Assembly (NCBI GenBank): GCA_964655485.1
Contig: CAZZMS010000090.1
Span: 3,053 to 67,052, forward strand
Direction of reading: 5' to 3'
Source: an uncultured Pseudobdellovibrionaceae bacterium
GTDB lineage: Bacteria > Bdellovibrionota > Bdellovibrionia > Bdellovibrionales > Bdellovibrionaceae
Length of the DNA stretch: 64,000 nucleotides
In this document: piece after piece, positions 37,704 through 47,399 of the stretch
Layout of the letters: each line of letters starts with the position of its first letter
Position numbering within the stretch: position 1 is the first letter of the stretch
Translations under genes and position numbers: made by a program
Notes under the pieces: generated by a model
Database searches by the model: none
Told to the model about the DNA's origin: nothing
The model's input: the letters and a program-made list of their open reading frames with translations, nothing else

Positions 37704-38972
37704 TTGAAGGTGCTATTTTCGTCGAGTGAGAACTCGTGCTTGTCTTTGTCTTTCAATGGGAACGCCACTGCACCATGGTATTCGAGCTTGATGACTTGCC
37801 TACTCGAATGGATTGAGAGGACACTGGATAGTGTGAGGGAGTTTTCTGTTAGCTTGGGCCGCTGGGGGATATTATTTATTTTCTTGGCTTCCGTTGGGGA
37901 GGGTCAAGAGCTCCGCACCTATCACCAATCAATACGTGCGCTTGGCATGGGAGGAGTCAGGGTAGCCCACGAACATGAGGCGCAAGCTTTGGCGTGGAAT
38001 CCCGCTTATCTTGGCTTTAACTCGGGATTCAATATGACCTTAGCGGATGCGGGAGCGGGGTTTAATGGGTTACAGGCCTACGAAAGCTTTAAAGACGTAG
38101 ATTTAAGTCAAGGGATCAGTGGTTTAAACGGTGTTTATGGTAAGCCTTTGTGGTTGGGGGCATGGGGTTGGGCCGCCGTATCTTGGAGTTTTGCAGGAGC
38201 TTACTATTTATCTTTTTACGACCTGACGGTGTTACTTAAAGATCCAGGTGTTCCCAAAATGGATGTGAGTTACTATCAAGACGATTTTTATATTTTGGGT
38301 TTTGGTTACCAAGTTCTTGAGGGTTTCAGTATAGGAGCGAACATTAAGCGAGTAGAAAGAATTGGAGGGGATATCACATTCGATACAGCTCAACTCTTGT
38401 CCCCCGGTTTTGTCAACAATCTGGTGAGTAACATTGAAAGTACCTTGAATGCTCACGGCCAAGCTTTTGGCGCAGATATAGGGGTAGCCTATCGCTGGAA
38501 GCGTGCTTTGAATCCCACTTTATCCTTGGCGTGGCAGGATGTGGGTTATACGAGTTTTGCGCCGAGTGATCCCACCAAACCTATGGCTCCCATACGGGAT
38601 AATTTGATCTTGTCGGGGAATTTTCATGATTCATGGATGGGTTTCCGCCTCGGCGGAGGTTTTGAGTACCGACATATTCGTAACGACGATGAGCAGTTGG
38701 GCAAGAAAATTCACCTAGGTTTGGAGCTGGGCCTTCCCTTTGTCGATTTGAGGGCTGGGTTATATCAGGGATACACGAGTTATGGTGTTGGATTAGATAT
38801 TTGGCTTTTACGTTTTGATGCCGCCTGGTTTCGTCAGGAGATGGGAGTTTTTCCCGGGCAGACTCCGCAAGAGCGGATTATGCTGAGTTTAAACATGGAC
38901 TTAAGTCTTGATCCAGATTTGCGCCTTCGCGAAGACTCAGGACGCAGGCGGCGTTTGTTCCAGCGGCGTTGA
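37704..38972 (+). CDS. outer-membrane beta-barrel protein, paralog of 35580-36701
   Basis: SIRALGMGGVRVAHEHEAQALAWNPAYLG repeats the motif of the first barrel; beta-strand pattern throughout. Start is uncertain (TTG 37704 or ATG 37794). Confidence 0.5.
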   Translation: MKVLFSSSENSCLSLSFNGNATAPWYSSLMTCLLEWIERTLDSVREFSVSLGRWGILFIFLASVGEGQELRTYHQSIRALGMGGVRVAHEHEAQALAWNPAYLGFNSGFNMTLADAGAGFNGLQAYESFKDVDLSQGISGLNGVYGKPLWLGAWGWAAVSWSFAGAYYLSFYDLTVLLKDPGVPKMDVSYYQDDFYILGFGYQVLEGFSIGANIKRVERIGGDITFDTAQLLSPGFVNNLVSNIESTLNAHGQAFGADIGVAYRWKRALNPTLSLAWQDVGYTSFAPSDPTKPMAPIRDNLILSGNFHDSWMGFRLGGGFEYRHIRNDDEQLGKKIHLGLELGLPFVDLRAGLYQGYTSYGVGLDIWLLRFDAAWFRQEMGVFPGQTPQERIMLSLNMDLSLDPDLRLREDSGRRRRLFQRR

Positions 38973-39030
38973 TAGAGTGCGGGGCGGTCCGCGGATAGGG
39001 GATCATATTTTCAGTGTTTATTCTTAATCA

Positions 39031-39312
39031 TTATTCAGGGCGTGCCGCATAGGGAGAGGGCTTGTGGGTGGTCTTGTTTGGTGGCAAAGATTCTCTCGCG
39101 GTTGGATGGTTGGCTGGAGCACTCTGTTCTGTGTTCTTGTAGGTAGCTATCTCTTTAAATCGAGAGGAGATGTTGAGGCTTTCTGGCGTGGGTGAAGAAG
39201 AATTTTTCTCCCGGTCAAAGCTTTGACATGATGAGAACAAGACAGCTAAGGCAGCGAGAGGGAAAACTTTCCAAGTTTTGTCTTTCACGAGAGTGTCAAT
39301 CAATCGAATCAT
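39031..39312 (-). CDS. small lipoprotein (93 aa)
   Basis: Signal peptide plus lipobox VLFSSCQS; the mature part is low-complexity and Pro/Ser-rich. Confidence 0.45.
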   Translation of the reverse strand: MIRLIDTLVKDKTWKVFPLAALAVLFSSCQSFDREKNSSSPTPESLNISSRFKEIATYKNTEQSAPANHPTARESLPPNKTTHKPSPYAARPE

Positions 39313-39456
39313 GGATGGGCTCCTTCATGGGGTCAGACACCTGAATCCGTGAGTGCGGTTATATGAGGACGATCGGCATTATGACTCGATAGGCAAGTGG
39401 TTTGGGGCAAAAACTTGCCTAAGGTGGGGTGATGCAGTAAGGTTCCATTTCAGCGT

Positions 39457-39532
<76 letters not shown>

Positions 39533-39560
39533 ATTTTTTTTCTGCTCAAAAAATGAGGGA

Positions 39561-40517
39561 TTGAGGGGCATCTCGTCGGTGGAACTGAGCTTACTAAGGT
39601 ACTTTATCCCATTTTTGCTTGCGCTGATTGTTTTGGATCTCGGGCTGTTTAAGCTCCTATCAAAAAAAGACGGGCGAAGAGTTGCGTTAATCGAAACGGC
39701 TTTTTGGATTGTGATCGCTCTCGCATTCAACATTTGGGTTTGGTGGTACTCGGGCCGCAGTGATCTGGCTTTTGAGTTTCTCACTGCCTATGTTGTGGAA
39801 AAAAGCCTGAGTGTAGATAATCTTTTTGTTATTTTGCTCATTTTTGAGTCCCTAAAAATCCCACCTTCCTACCAACATCGGGTGTTGTTCTTCGGCGTTT
39901 TGGGTGCCATTGTCATGCGCGCTATTTTCATACTAGTTGGGGCTTATTTGGTGCAAAAATTTGAATGGATTCTTTTGATCTTTGGAGCTGTTTTGGTATT
40001 CACGGCATGGAAGTTCATTCGTGAAAATAAGACCGCCGATGTCAGAGAAGAGGAACAAAAGCTTCTGCGCTGGTTGAAAAAAGTTATCCCGCTGAGCTCG
40101 CAAGTTCATGGTGAGCGCTTTTTTATCCGTGAGGGGGGGCGTTGGTTAGCTACACCCCTATTTTTGGCCTTAGTCTTTGTGGAGCTCACTGACGTTATTT
40201 TTGCGGTGGACTCAATCCCCGCAGTGTTCGCTGTGACCAAAGATGGGTTTATTGCCTTCACCTCTAACATTTTCGCCGTGTTAGGCCTTCGGGCTTTGTA
40301 TTTTGTTCTAGCTGATTTTGCTAAGAGGCTGCGTTACCTAAAGCCAGGACTGGCTGTGATTTTATTTTTTATTGGGGTGAAACTATTGATCATTCAGTGG
40401 TATCACATACCCAGTTGGGTCTCGCTCATGGTGATCTCCGGCGTGTTAAGCACTGCGGCACTTTCCTCCTGGTATGTGGATCGACTGCAGCAAAAAAGTC
40501 TGGACCAAACGCGATGA
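39561..40517 (+). CDS. TerC-family integral membrane protein
   Basis: Multiple TM helices and the duplicated TerC motif (EKSLSVDNLFVILLIF and ELTDVIFAVDSIPAVFAVT). Putative TTG start 28 nt after the tRNA. Confidence 0.8.
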   Translation: MRGISSVELSLLRYFIPFLLALIVLDLGLFKLLSKKDGRRVALIETAFWIVIALAFNIWVWWYSGRSDLAFEFLTAYVVEKSLSVDNLFVILLIFESLKIPPSYQHRVLFFGVLGAIVMRAIFILVGAYLVQKFEWILLIFGAVLVFTAWKFIRENKTADVREEEQKLLRWLKKVIPLSSQVHGERFFIREGGRWLATPLFLALVFVELTDVIFAVDSIPAVFAVTKDGFIAFTSNIFAVLGLRALYFVLADFAKRLRYLKPGLAVILFFIGVKLLIIQWYHIPSWVSLMVISGVLSTAALSSWYVDRLQQKSLDQTR

Positions 40518-40613
40518 GCAGAGTTAGCTAGGGTTTGAGGTTTATGAGGGGATTAACCCCAACCTTAACAACAGTTGGCTTGCTCTCTGTCAACTCACCA
40601 AAGGAGGTCTACC

Positions 40614-41228
40614 ATGTGGTCTCGTTTAGCTCTTTTGTTGCCCTTTTTCGCTTTAGCATCCTGCAAGAACACATTTTCGGGACGCTTGCAGGTGACTCAA
40701 AGTTTTCCTTTGACTCACGAGGTCAAAGAGACCTGGGGAGATCAAGAGACTTACAAAAAGCAAAAGTCCATCATTATGGCTGGTAGTTATGAGGCCCAAC
40801 TGCGTTTTTATGGTAAGACTCAAGTGGATCTAGTTATCAACCCTAAGTCCTGGCGCGCGCAAACTTATCGTTTGGAGCTGCCGCGAAGTATCGACTGGTC
40901 GGCCCCTCAAGGCGAGTTTGCTTTTTCTGCCAAAGAATTGGGTCAAAGCTTTGCGCTATCTGGACGCTGGATTCGAGAGGTGAATGAATCTTCGGTGGTC
41001 AAGGAATGGGAAAGTTGTGAGTATCAGGATTGGGAGTGGGTTTGCGACCACACAGGCTGTGCTCAAAGGTGGGTGTGGAAACGGGGTTGGCACTGGGTCG
41101 AATATTTTTGGCGGACCACGCGTGTTGATCTCGCCGCAGGAATTAAGCAAAGTGCGGAGGTTGCGCGTTTTCAAGGTCAAGAATCTTGGCGAGAAAAAGT
41201 TATTATTAGCCAAACTCAGTGTTTTTAA
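40614..41228 (+). CDS. lipoprotein, Trp/Cys-rich, unknown function
   Basis: AAGGAGG SD then ATG at 40614. Signal MWSRLALLLPFFALASCKN (lipobox LASC). The ORF-track start at 40575 lacks an SD. Confidence 0.55.
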   Translation: MWSRLALLLPFFALASCKNTFSGRLQVTQSFPLTHEVKETWGDQETYKKQKSIIMAGSYEAQLRFYGKTQVDLVINPKSWRAQTYRLELPRSIDWSAPQGEFAFSAKELGQSFALSGRWIREVNESSVVKEWESCEYQDWEWVCDHTGCAQRWVWKRGWHWVEYFWRTTRVDLAAGIKQSAEVARFQGQESWREKVIISQTQCF

Positions 41229-41258
41229 GACGTGAATTTGTGGCCTAGTTTTCTCTGA

Positions 41259-41963
41259 CTAGGCCACAAGCTTTTTAATCTGCTGTAAGCGATCTTTAAG
41301 TTTCGTCACTTCCTTTTTCAGTCGTTGGTTTTCTTGCATTAAAACTTCCAGCTGCTTATTTAGAAGAAGGAGTTTTGAGGTCTCTGAATCCCCCATGGAT
41401 TCACTCGTTTTGTCGGCATGATCAGCCGTTGATATTGTCTTGTTTTCCGATGCGGTGGTGCTTAAAAACGCCGCCTTCAAGCTTTCTCGATTGAGGATTT
41501 GTTCATAGTGATCTGGTATTCTTAGTTGTTCGGGGATTTGGCTCCAAAAGTTTCGCTTATCATTGAGGACTTGACGAATAGATTGAAAAATTTTGATCTG
41601 GCAAGCATTGATGTCGCCGATTCTTGGCTCGGGCTCTTGGGTCCACGTATTTTCCACCTTCTTTTGAATGACTGAGTTCAGATAAGATAGAAATTTTTGC
41701 CGCATATCGGGAGATAAGTTCCATAAAGCGATCGCAATAATTCTTGGCGGAATCAATTCTAGGGCATAGGTGAGAAGCCCTTGCGGCAAGGAGATAAGCT
41801 TTTCCATCGTAAATCGTTTTTCTTCAATAGCATCTGCCCAGACGGCGCTTTCTTGTCGTATCATTTGTAAGAATCGCTGTTGCTTTTCTGGATCGGAATT
41901 TTCAATGAGTAACAAGAGTTGGTAAAATCCTCCTTCTTTTTTGTAGCGCTCTAACGTAGACAT
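41259..41963 (-). CDS. FliG-C/ARM-like domain protein with C-terminal coiled coil
   Basis: GGGAGG SD then ATG at 41963. FTMEKLISLPQGLLTYALELIPPRIIAIALWNLSPDMRQKFLSYLNS resembles the FliG C-terminal/MgtE-N fold pattern. The C-terminus LLLLNKQLEVLMQENQRLKKEVTKLKDRLQQIKKL is leucine-zipper-like. The domain call is tentative. Confidence 0.45.
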   Translation of the reverse strand: MSTLERYKKEGGFYQLLLLIENSDPEKQQRFLQMIRQESAVWADAIEEKRFTMEKLISLPQGLLTYALELIPPRIIAIALWNLSPDMRQKFLSYLNSVIQKKVENTWTQEPEPRIGDINACQIKIFQSIRQVLNDKRNFWSQIPEQLRIPDHYEQILNRESLKAAFLSTTASENKTISTADHADKTSESMGDSETSKLLLLNKQLEVLMQENQRLKKEVTKLKDRLQQIKKLVA

Positions 41964-42274
41964 TAGAAACCTCCCTCGCACTCCCACAGATGTCGGCTGG
42001 GGTAACTTCTTTTTTCTTTGATGCGACATTTTTTAAAAAAGAATTCATCTGGTGGGACCTTATTTTCATCGGTGCGATAAGGAGTTTCATAATAGAAATC
42101 GTCACTTCCTAGACTTGCGGCTCGGGGGCGAGCCTGAGCTTGGCGTTGCCACAAAAGCTCCTGGGAACTTGTGGCACAGCCACTGGCTGTTTCAAAAATA
42201 TATACACATAACACCTTGAATAAATCTCGTTTGTAGTGATTTAGCCATATGGCGAAACCGAATAATTTGTTCAT
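41963..42274 (-). CDS. small putative lipoprotein (103 aa), translationally coupled to downstream gene
   Basis: Its stop TAA overlaps the downstream ATG as TAATG (41961-41965). There is a possible lipobox ETASGCAT. No homolog recognised. Confidence 0.4.
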   Translation of the reverse strand: MNKLFGFAIWLNHYKRDLFKVLCVYIFETASGCATSSQELLWQRQAQARPRAASLGSDDFYYETPYRTDENKVPPDEFFFKKCRIKEKRSYPSRHLWECEGGF

Positions 42275-42518
42275 GTAGCTAGCTTAGCCTCTAAGTTTCA
42301 TGCAATAAATGTTACCCTTACATTTGGGTGAGATGTATGATTTCTCTGGACCAAGGTTCAGCCGTCGTCCTTGATTAACTGTTTGACCCTATGGAATTCA
42401 CACCGGAATCATATTTCCTTTTTCTGTTACCAGCGCCATCTCTGGGAGGCGTGCCACGGGTCGAAACGAAAAGGCCCATGGAGGAAAACCATAAAAAAAG
42501 AAATTTTTCAGGATTGAT

Positions 42519-43763
42519 TCAGCCTGAGCCTAGGATAGCCATCTCAGGGCGTAATGGATCGGCACTGTAAAAAAGCTCGAAAGGGTGCTCATGCCATAGG
42601 TTGACACAAAACTGCTTGCCCACTTCGAGGCTACCCCAATAGGTCTCCATCCCGAGAGATTTTGCCGCACCAAAGGTGTAAGCAGACCACACTTCGGGAA
42701 GTGACATTTTCATTTCTAGACGGGCCAAAAGTCCCACAAGCCCAAGGCTTTGGCTAAAAGCCGTACCGGGATTAAAGTCGGTGCTCAAAGCCACGATGGC
42801 TCCGGAGTCAATCAACTTACGGGCAGGTGGATAGGGGCAGCGCAAATAGAGATCTGCGGTAGGAAGAAGATTAACCACTGTAGAGCTTTTAGCGAGTTTT
42901 TCGATGTCCTCGCTATTGATATGAATCGCATGCTCGATACTTCTTGCCCCAAGCTCTAAGGCCAACTCCGCGCTGCCTTGGCGAGATAATTGTTCTGCAT
43001 GAATGCAGATTTCAAGCCCTACACTTTGTGCTTTTTTTAAAAAAGGCTTGGCATCTTCTATCGTACAAAATCCAGACTCAATAAAGATATCCACACGCCG
43101 AGTCAGACTTTGTATTTCAGGCCAAAACGGCTCGTAGCTTTCCAGATATGCCCCCCAGGATTTATACTCGGGGGGCAATGCATGGGCCCCGAGAAAGGTG
43201 CTTACCAATTTGACGGCGGAATCTGATTGGGCCTCGCGGATCAATTGGAGTTGGCGAAGCTCCTCCCGAGGGTTTAAGCCGTAACCGGTTTTGACCTCTA
43301 CCAGGGCAACACCTTGCTGAGAGAAGCCCTGAAGATGTTTTAGGAGAATGCTTCGGAGCTCTAAGTCGCTTGCCGCCCGAGTTTGCTTAACCGTAGAGTA
43401 AATCCCCCCGCCACGCGCCGTAATGTCTTGATAGCTCAGTCCTTGATTGCGCCAGTCCAGTTCCTGAGAGCGGTTACCGGCAAAAAGGCTATGGGTGTGG
43501 CACTCGATAAAGGCTGGAGTGATGTGGCCAGGCTCCATTTTATAAATGTTTTGCGGTTCCGGGCTCAAAGAAGCGGGTAACAAATGGGAAGGCCCTAGCC
43601 ACGCAATGCATCCTTGGGAATCAACCACGATTGTGGCATCAGAGAGGGGCTCCAAGTCGGATTCCTTGGGGTAGCGGCCCTCCTTGCGAGAGAGGCCAGC
43701 GAAAGTCCACAGGTGCTCAATATGGGTCCATGCTCGCCAATTTTTATGCTCTGCTAGGGACAC
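42519..43763 (-). CDS. hutI: imidazolonepropionase
   Basis: FIECHTHSLFAGNRSQELDWRNQGLSYQDITARGGGIYSTVKQTRAAS matches the HutI signature. GTG at 43763 follows GGGAGG and avoids the 50-nt overlap with gpmA that the ORF-track start 43844 implies. Confidence 0.8.
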   Translation of the reverse strand: MSLAEHKNWRAWTHIEHLWTFAGLSRKEGRYPKESDLEPLSDATIVVDSQGCIAWLGPSHLLPASLSPEPQNIYKMEPGHITPAFIECHTHSLFAGNRSQELDWRNQGLSYQDITARGGGIYSTVKQTRAASDLELRSILLKHLQGFSQQGVALVEVKTGYGLNPREELRQLQLIREAQSDSAVKLVSTFLGAHALPPEYKSWGAYLESYEPFWPEIQSLTRRVDIFIESGFCTIEDAKPFLKKAQSVGLEICIHAEQLSRQGSAELALELGARSIEHAIHINSEDIEKLAKSSTVVNLLPTADLYLRCPYPPARKLIDSGAIVALSTDFNPGTAFSQSLGLVGLLARLEMKMSLPEVWSAYTFGAAKSLGMETYWGSLEVGKQFCVNLWHEHPFELFYSADPLRPEMAILGSG

Positions 43764-43794
43764 GGGCAGGCCTCCCAGAAATGGAGATGAGTGA

Positions 43795-44541
43795 CTATTT
43801 AGCTTTACCGTGTCCAGCGGCCTTCTGCAGACGTTCTTCAACAATCGCTGGATCAGCTAAATATTTTTTATTCTGAACGCTCATGGAAGAGTTCAGGGTG
43901 TAAAGTAGTGGTATGCCCGTGGGCATGTTCAGTTCCAGTAGGGACTCGGGGGAGAGTTTTTCCAAAATTTGCACGATCGCTCTTAGACTGTTACCGTGGG
44001 CGACCACTATAACATTTTGTCCTTGCTGAAGGCGCGGGAGTAGATCGTTTTGCCACCAAGGTAAAACCCTTTGAATGGTCATCGCCAAGGACTCTCCGCG
44101 TGGGAGCTCCGCCGCAGGAACGCTTTGGTAACGCGGATCATTTTTGGGGTGAGACGGATCATCCTCCTTTAAGAAGGGCGGGGGAACATCCAAAGAGCGG
44201 CGCCAAATTTTCACCTGTTCATCTCCGTAGCGAGCGGCTGTTTCCTGCTTGTTCAGGCCCTGTAGGGCCCCATAGTGACGTTCATTGAGGCGCCAATGCC
44301 TGGCGACAGGTAACCATAACAGATCCAAAGCATCTAAAAACAAAAAATGGGTTTTGATCGCCCGCTTTAGGACAGAGGTATAGGAGTAGTGCCAAGGAAT
44401 CTCCAAGGACTTTAGCCCCGCAGCGGCCTCTTTGGCCTCTTTTTCGCCTTGTGGCGATAAATCCACATCCACCCATCCGGTGAAACGATTTTCTTGGTTC
44501 CACAGACTTTCGCCATGGCGAAGAAGGAGTAAATGGAGCAT
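43795..44541 (-). CDS. gpmA: 2,3-bisphosphoglycerate-dependent phosphoglycerate mutase
   Basis: LLLRHGESLWNQENRFTGWVDVDLS catalytic-His motif, plus RHYGALQGLNK and AHGNSLRA. Confidence 0.9.
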   Translation of the reverse strand: MLHLLLLRHGESLWNQENRFTGWVDVDLSPQGEKEAKEAAAGLKSLEIPWHYSYTSVLKRAIKTHFLFLDALDLLWLPVARHWRLNERHYGALQGLNKQETAARYGDEQVKIWRRSLDVPPPFLKEDDPSHPKNDPRYQSVPAAELPRGESLAMTIQRVLPWWQNDLLPRLQQGQNVIVVAHGNSLRAIVQILEKLSPESLLELNMPTGIPLLYTLNSSMSVQNKKYLADPAIVEERLQKAAGHGKAK

Positions 44542-44619
44542 TTGTCACCTCGGAAAAACTTGTGTAGAGTGTGAGTAAACTTTAGCTCCAATCTCAGTTT
44601 TTTCACAAGGGGAAATGTC

Positions 44620-47343
44620 GTGTCCCAATTACAAGCACGAGACAATTTAGCCTACATGGAAGCTTTGTGGCAGCAGTATAAACAAAATCCGCAAAGTGTT
44701 GAGCGTGACTGGTATTACTTTTTTCAAGGGCTTGAATTTGCGGGGGTACACTCCCTTCAGGAGGGCTTCAGCGAGATGGAATGGGCTCTTTATCGTTGGG
44801 TTCAGGCCTATCGCCAGTATGCTTACTTGGAGGCCGATCTAGATCCGCTGACGAACTCTAATCCCTCATCGTTGGAGATTTTAAAAAAGGAATCCTATGG
44901 GCTGAGTGATGAAGATTTAGATCGTGAGTTTGCGATTACGGAGTCTTTGTGGGGGCAGCGTTTAACCCTCAAACAGGTTATCGAAAAGTTGGACCAGACT
45001 TACCGCGGAGCTTTATCGGTTCAGGTTGGTCATTGTTACCCAGAGGTTCAGGCCTGGTTTTACGAGCAGATGGAAAAAAGTTCGTATCAGCTCTCGCCAG
45101 AGCAGAAAAAAAAGACTTTTTTGGATCTCACCAAAACGGAAGTTTTTGAAAAGTTTTTGCATCGTAAGTTCGTCGGGGCGAAGCGTTTTTCGGCCGAGGG
45201 GGCCGAGAGCATGGTGCCCATGCTGGAACACTTAGCCGATTTGTGTGTTACTCAAGGAGTGGAAGACTTGGTTATGGGGATGCCACACCGGGGTCGATTA
45301 GCAGTCCTGGTGAACTTTTTCGAAAAACCCGCGGAGGCTATATTAGGCGGTTATTTAGGGCAAGAAGGGGATTTACCCTTTGAGGAGTTTGATAGTGACG
45401 TCAAGTATCACTGGGGTTATCAAAAGACAAAAAAATTATCTCATGGTGAACTGAGAGTCCATCTGGCTAGTAACCCCTCGCATTTGGAGGCGGTTAATCC
45501 GGTGGTTTTGGGAATGGCCCGCGCGGCCCAGCGGTTGCGTAAAGATACAGAACAGCGCAAAAAGGTGTTACCCGTGTTGTTTCATGGGGATGCGGCTTTC
45601 GCGGGGCAGGGTATCGTGCAAGAGACTCTCCAGATGAGCTCGGTGCGTGGTTACCGAGTGGGAGGAACTTTGCACGTCGTGGTGGATAATCAAGTGGGTT
45701 TTACCACAAATCCCGAAAATGGGCGAAGTACACCTTATTCCACCGATGTGTTGCAGGCGGTGGGAGCGCCGATTATTCATGTCAATGGTGATCATGTGGA
45801 AGCGGTGTTGCGAGCTATCGAGTTGGCCTTTCATTACCGCCAGAAATGGGGGAGAGACGTTGGCATTAATCTAGTATGTTACCGTCGCTACGGCCATAAT
45901 GAAGGGGACGAGCCCGGCTACACCCAGCCTTTGATGTACAAAATGATTCAATCTCATCCACCCGTGCGAGAGATCTACGCCAAAAAGCTGGTAAGTGAAG
46001 GCCTGTTGAATAGTGCCGAGGTCGATTCGGCTTGGCAACAAGCGTGGGCTGATTTGGAAGCCAAGCTCGAACAGGTGAAAACAAAGCCTGTAGGTGTCGA
46101 GAGCTTTTCTTTCCAAGGGCCTTGGCAAGGCTTGCGGCGCGATCAGCCCTCCGATTGGCAGAAGGATTGGGATACGAGTTTTCCGGTGGAGAAGTTGCGT
46201 GAGATTGGTGTGTCCATAGCGCAGGTGCCGCAGGGATTTAATCCCCACCCCAAAATCGTCAAGTTATTGGAGCAAAGGCAAAAAATGGCTCAGGGTGAGC
46301 TGGCCTGTGATTGGGGTATGGCGGAACTGCTGGCCTTTGGTAGCCTCCTTGAGCAAGGTTACCATGTGCGTTTAACGGGTCAGGACTGTATCCGGGGAAC
46401 CTTCTCGCACCGGCATGCTGGTCTTTATGACTACCACACAGGTGAGCCCTTTATGGCCCTCAAGACTCGATTCACCGGGCGCAGTGAGTTTTGTGTGTAT
46501 GACTCTATCTTGTCGGAGTATGGGGTTTTGGGATTCGAGTATGGTAACTCGATTTATGATCCGCGCTTTTTAACTTTGTGGGAAGCGCAATTTGGCGACT
46601 TCGGTAACGGAGCTCAGATCATGATTGATCAGTTCATTTCATCCGGGGAGATGAAATGGCAACAGATGTCTGGGCTAGTTATGTTGTTACCGCATGGGTA
46701 TGAGGGGCAAGGGCCTGAACATAGCTCCGCCCGTCTGGAGCGGTACTTACAATTATCAGCCCAGAATAATTGGCAAGTGGTGGTGCCCACGACGGCCTCT
46801 CAAATCTTTCACCTATATCGTCGGCAGATGTTGCGTCCCTTCAGAAAACCTTTAGTGGTTATGTCACCAAAATCGCTTCTGCGTTTGCCGCAAGCTTCGT
46901 CGATGATCACGGATCTGGCGAGCGGGCGCTTTGAAGAAGTGTTGGCTGACTCGGTAGCGCAATCAAAGTCGGTGCAAACTCTCTTATTATGTAGTGGGAA
47001 AATTTATTACGAGCTCGATCAGTATCGACAAGAGAAGAAATTCACTCATGCGGCTATCGTGCGTCTGGAGCAGCTTTATCCCTTTCCGGCGGAGAAGTTG
47101 TTGGCGGTGATTCGTAGTTACCCACAGCTTAAAAATCTGATCTGGGTGCAAGAAGAACCTAAGAACATGGGGGCTTATCAGTTTGTTTATTTCAAACTGG
47201 CCGATCTTTTGTTTAAGGAAAAACTTGGTCACTTGGCGTTTCATTACGTGGGTCGTGGCGAAAGGGCGTCTACGGCTACGGGACTGAGCTCGAAGCATCA
47301 GTGGGAGCAAAAACAGATTATTGAAGGAGCGTTTAGTTTATAG
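44620..47343 (+). CDS. sucA: 2-oxoglutarate dehydrogenase E1 component
   Basis: 907 aa with YRRYGHNEGDEP and GDAAFAGQG TPP motifs and a SucA-like N-terminus. GTG start. Confidence 0.9.
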   Translation: MSQLQARDNLAYMEALWQQYKQNPQSVERDWYYFFQGLEFAGVHSLQEGFSEMEWALYRWVQAYRQYAYLEADLDPLTNSNPSSLEILKKESYGLSDEDLDREFAITESLWGQRLTLKQVIEKLDQTYRGALSVQVGHCYPEVQAWFYEQMEKSSYQLSPEQKKKTFLDLTKTEVFEKFLHRKFVGAKRFSAEGAESMVPMLEHLADLCVTQGVEDLVMGMPHRGRLAVLVNFFEKPAEAILGGYLGQEGDLPFEEFDSDVKYHWGYQKTKKLSHGELRVHLASNPSHLEAVNPVVLGMARAAQRLRKDTEQRKKVLPVLFHGDAAFAGQGIVQETLQMSSVRGYRVGGTLHVVVDNQVGFTTNPENGRSTPYSTDVLQAVGAPIIHVNGDHVEAVLRAIELAFHYRQKWGRDVGINLVCYRRYGHNEGDEPGYTQPLMYKMIQSHPPVREIYAKKLVSEGLLNSAEVDSAWQQAWADLEAKLEQVKTKPVGVESFSFQGPWQGLRRDQPSDWQKDWDTSFPVEKLREIGVSIAQVPQGFNPHPKIVKLLEQRQKMAQGELACDWGMAELLAFGSLLEQGYHVRLTGQDCIRGTFSHRHAGLYDYHTGEPFMALKTRFTGRSEFCVYDSILSEYGVLGFEYGNSIYDPRFLTLWEAQFGDFGNGAQIMIDQFISSGEMKWQQMSGLVMLLPHGYEGQGPEHSSARLERYLQLSAQNNWQVVVPTTASQIFHLYRRQMLRPFRKPLVVMSPKSLLRLPQASSMITDLASGRFEEVLADSVAQSKSVQTLLLCSGKIYYELDQYRQEKKFTHAAIVRLEQLYPFPAEKLLAVIRSYPQLKNLIWVQEEPKNMGAYQFVYFKLADLLFKEKLGHLAFHYVGRGERASTATGLSSKHQWEQKQIIEGAFSL

Positions 47344-47399
47344 AGATTTTTTGGTAACAATGGTGGACTAAGCTCAAGCCAAAAGAAAGGAATACTGGT

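Noticed and set aside
39533-39560. yybP-ykoY manganese riboswitch upstream of the TerC gene
   Set aside because: Only 28 nt separate the tRNA 3' end from the ORF, which is far too short for the roughly 100-nt riboswitch.
40535-40786. 83-aa ORF, and the longer 40575 start for the lipoprotein gene
   Set aside because: A strong AAGGAGG sits directly before ATG 40614, which yields a textbook lipoprotein signal. The alternative frames lack an SD.
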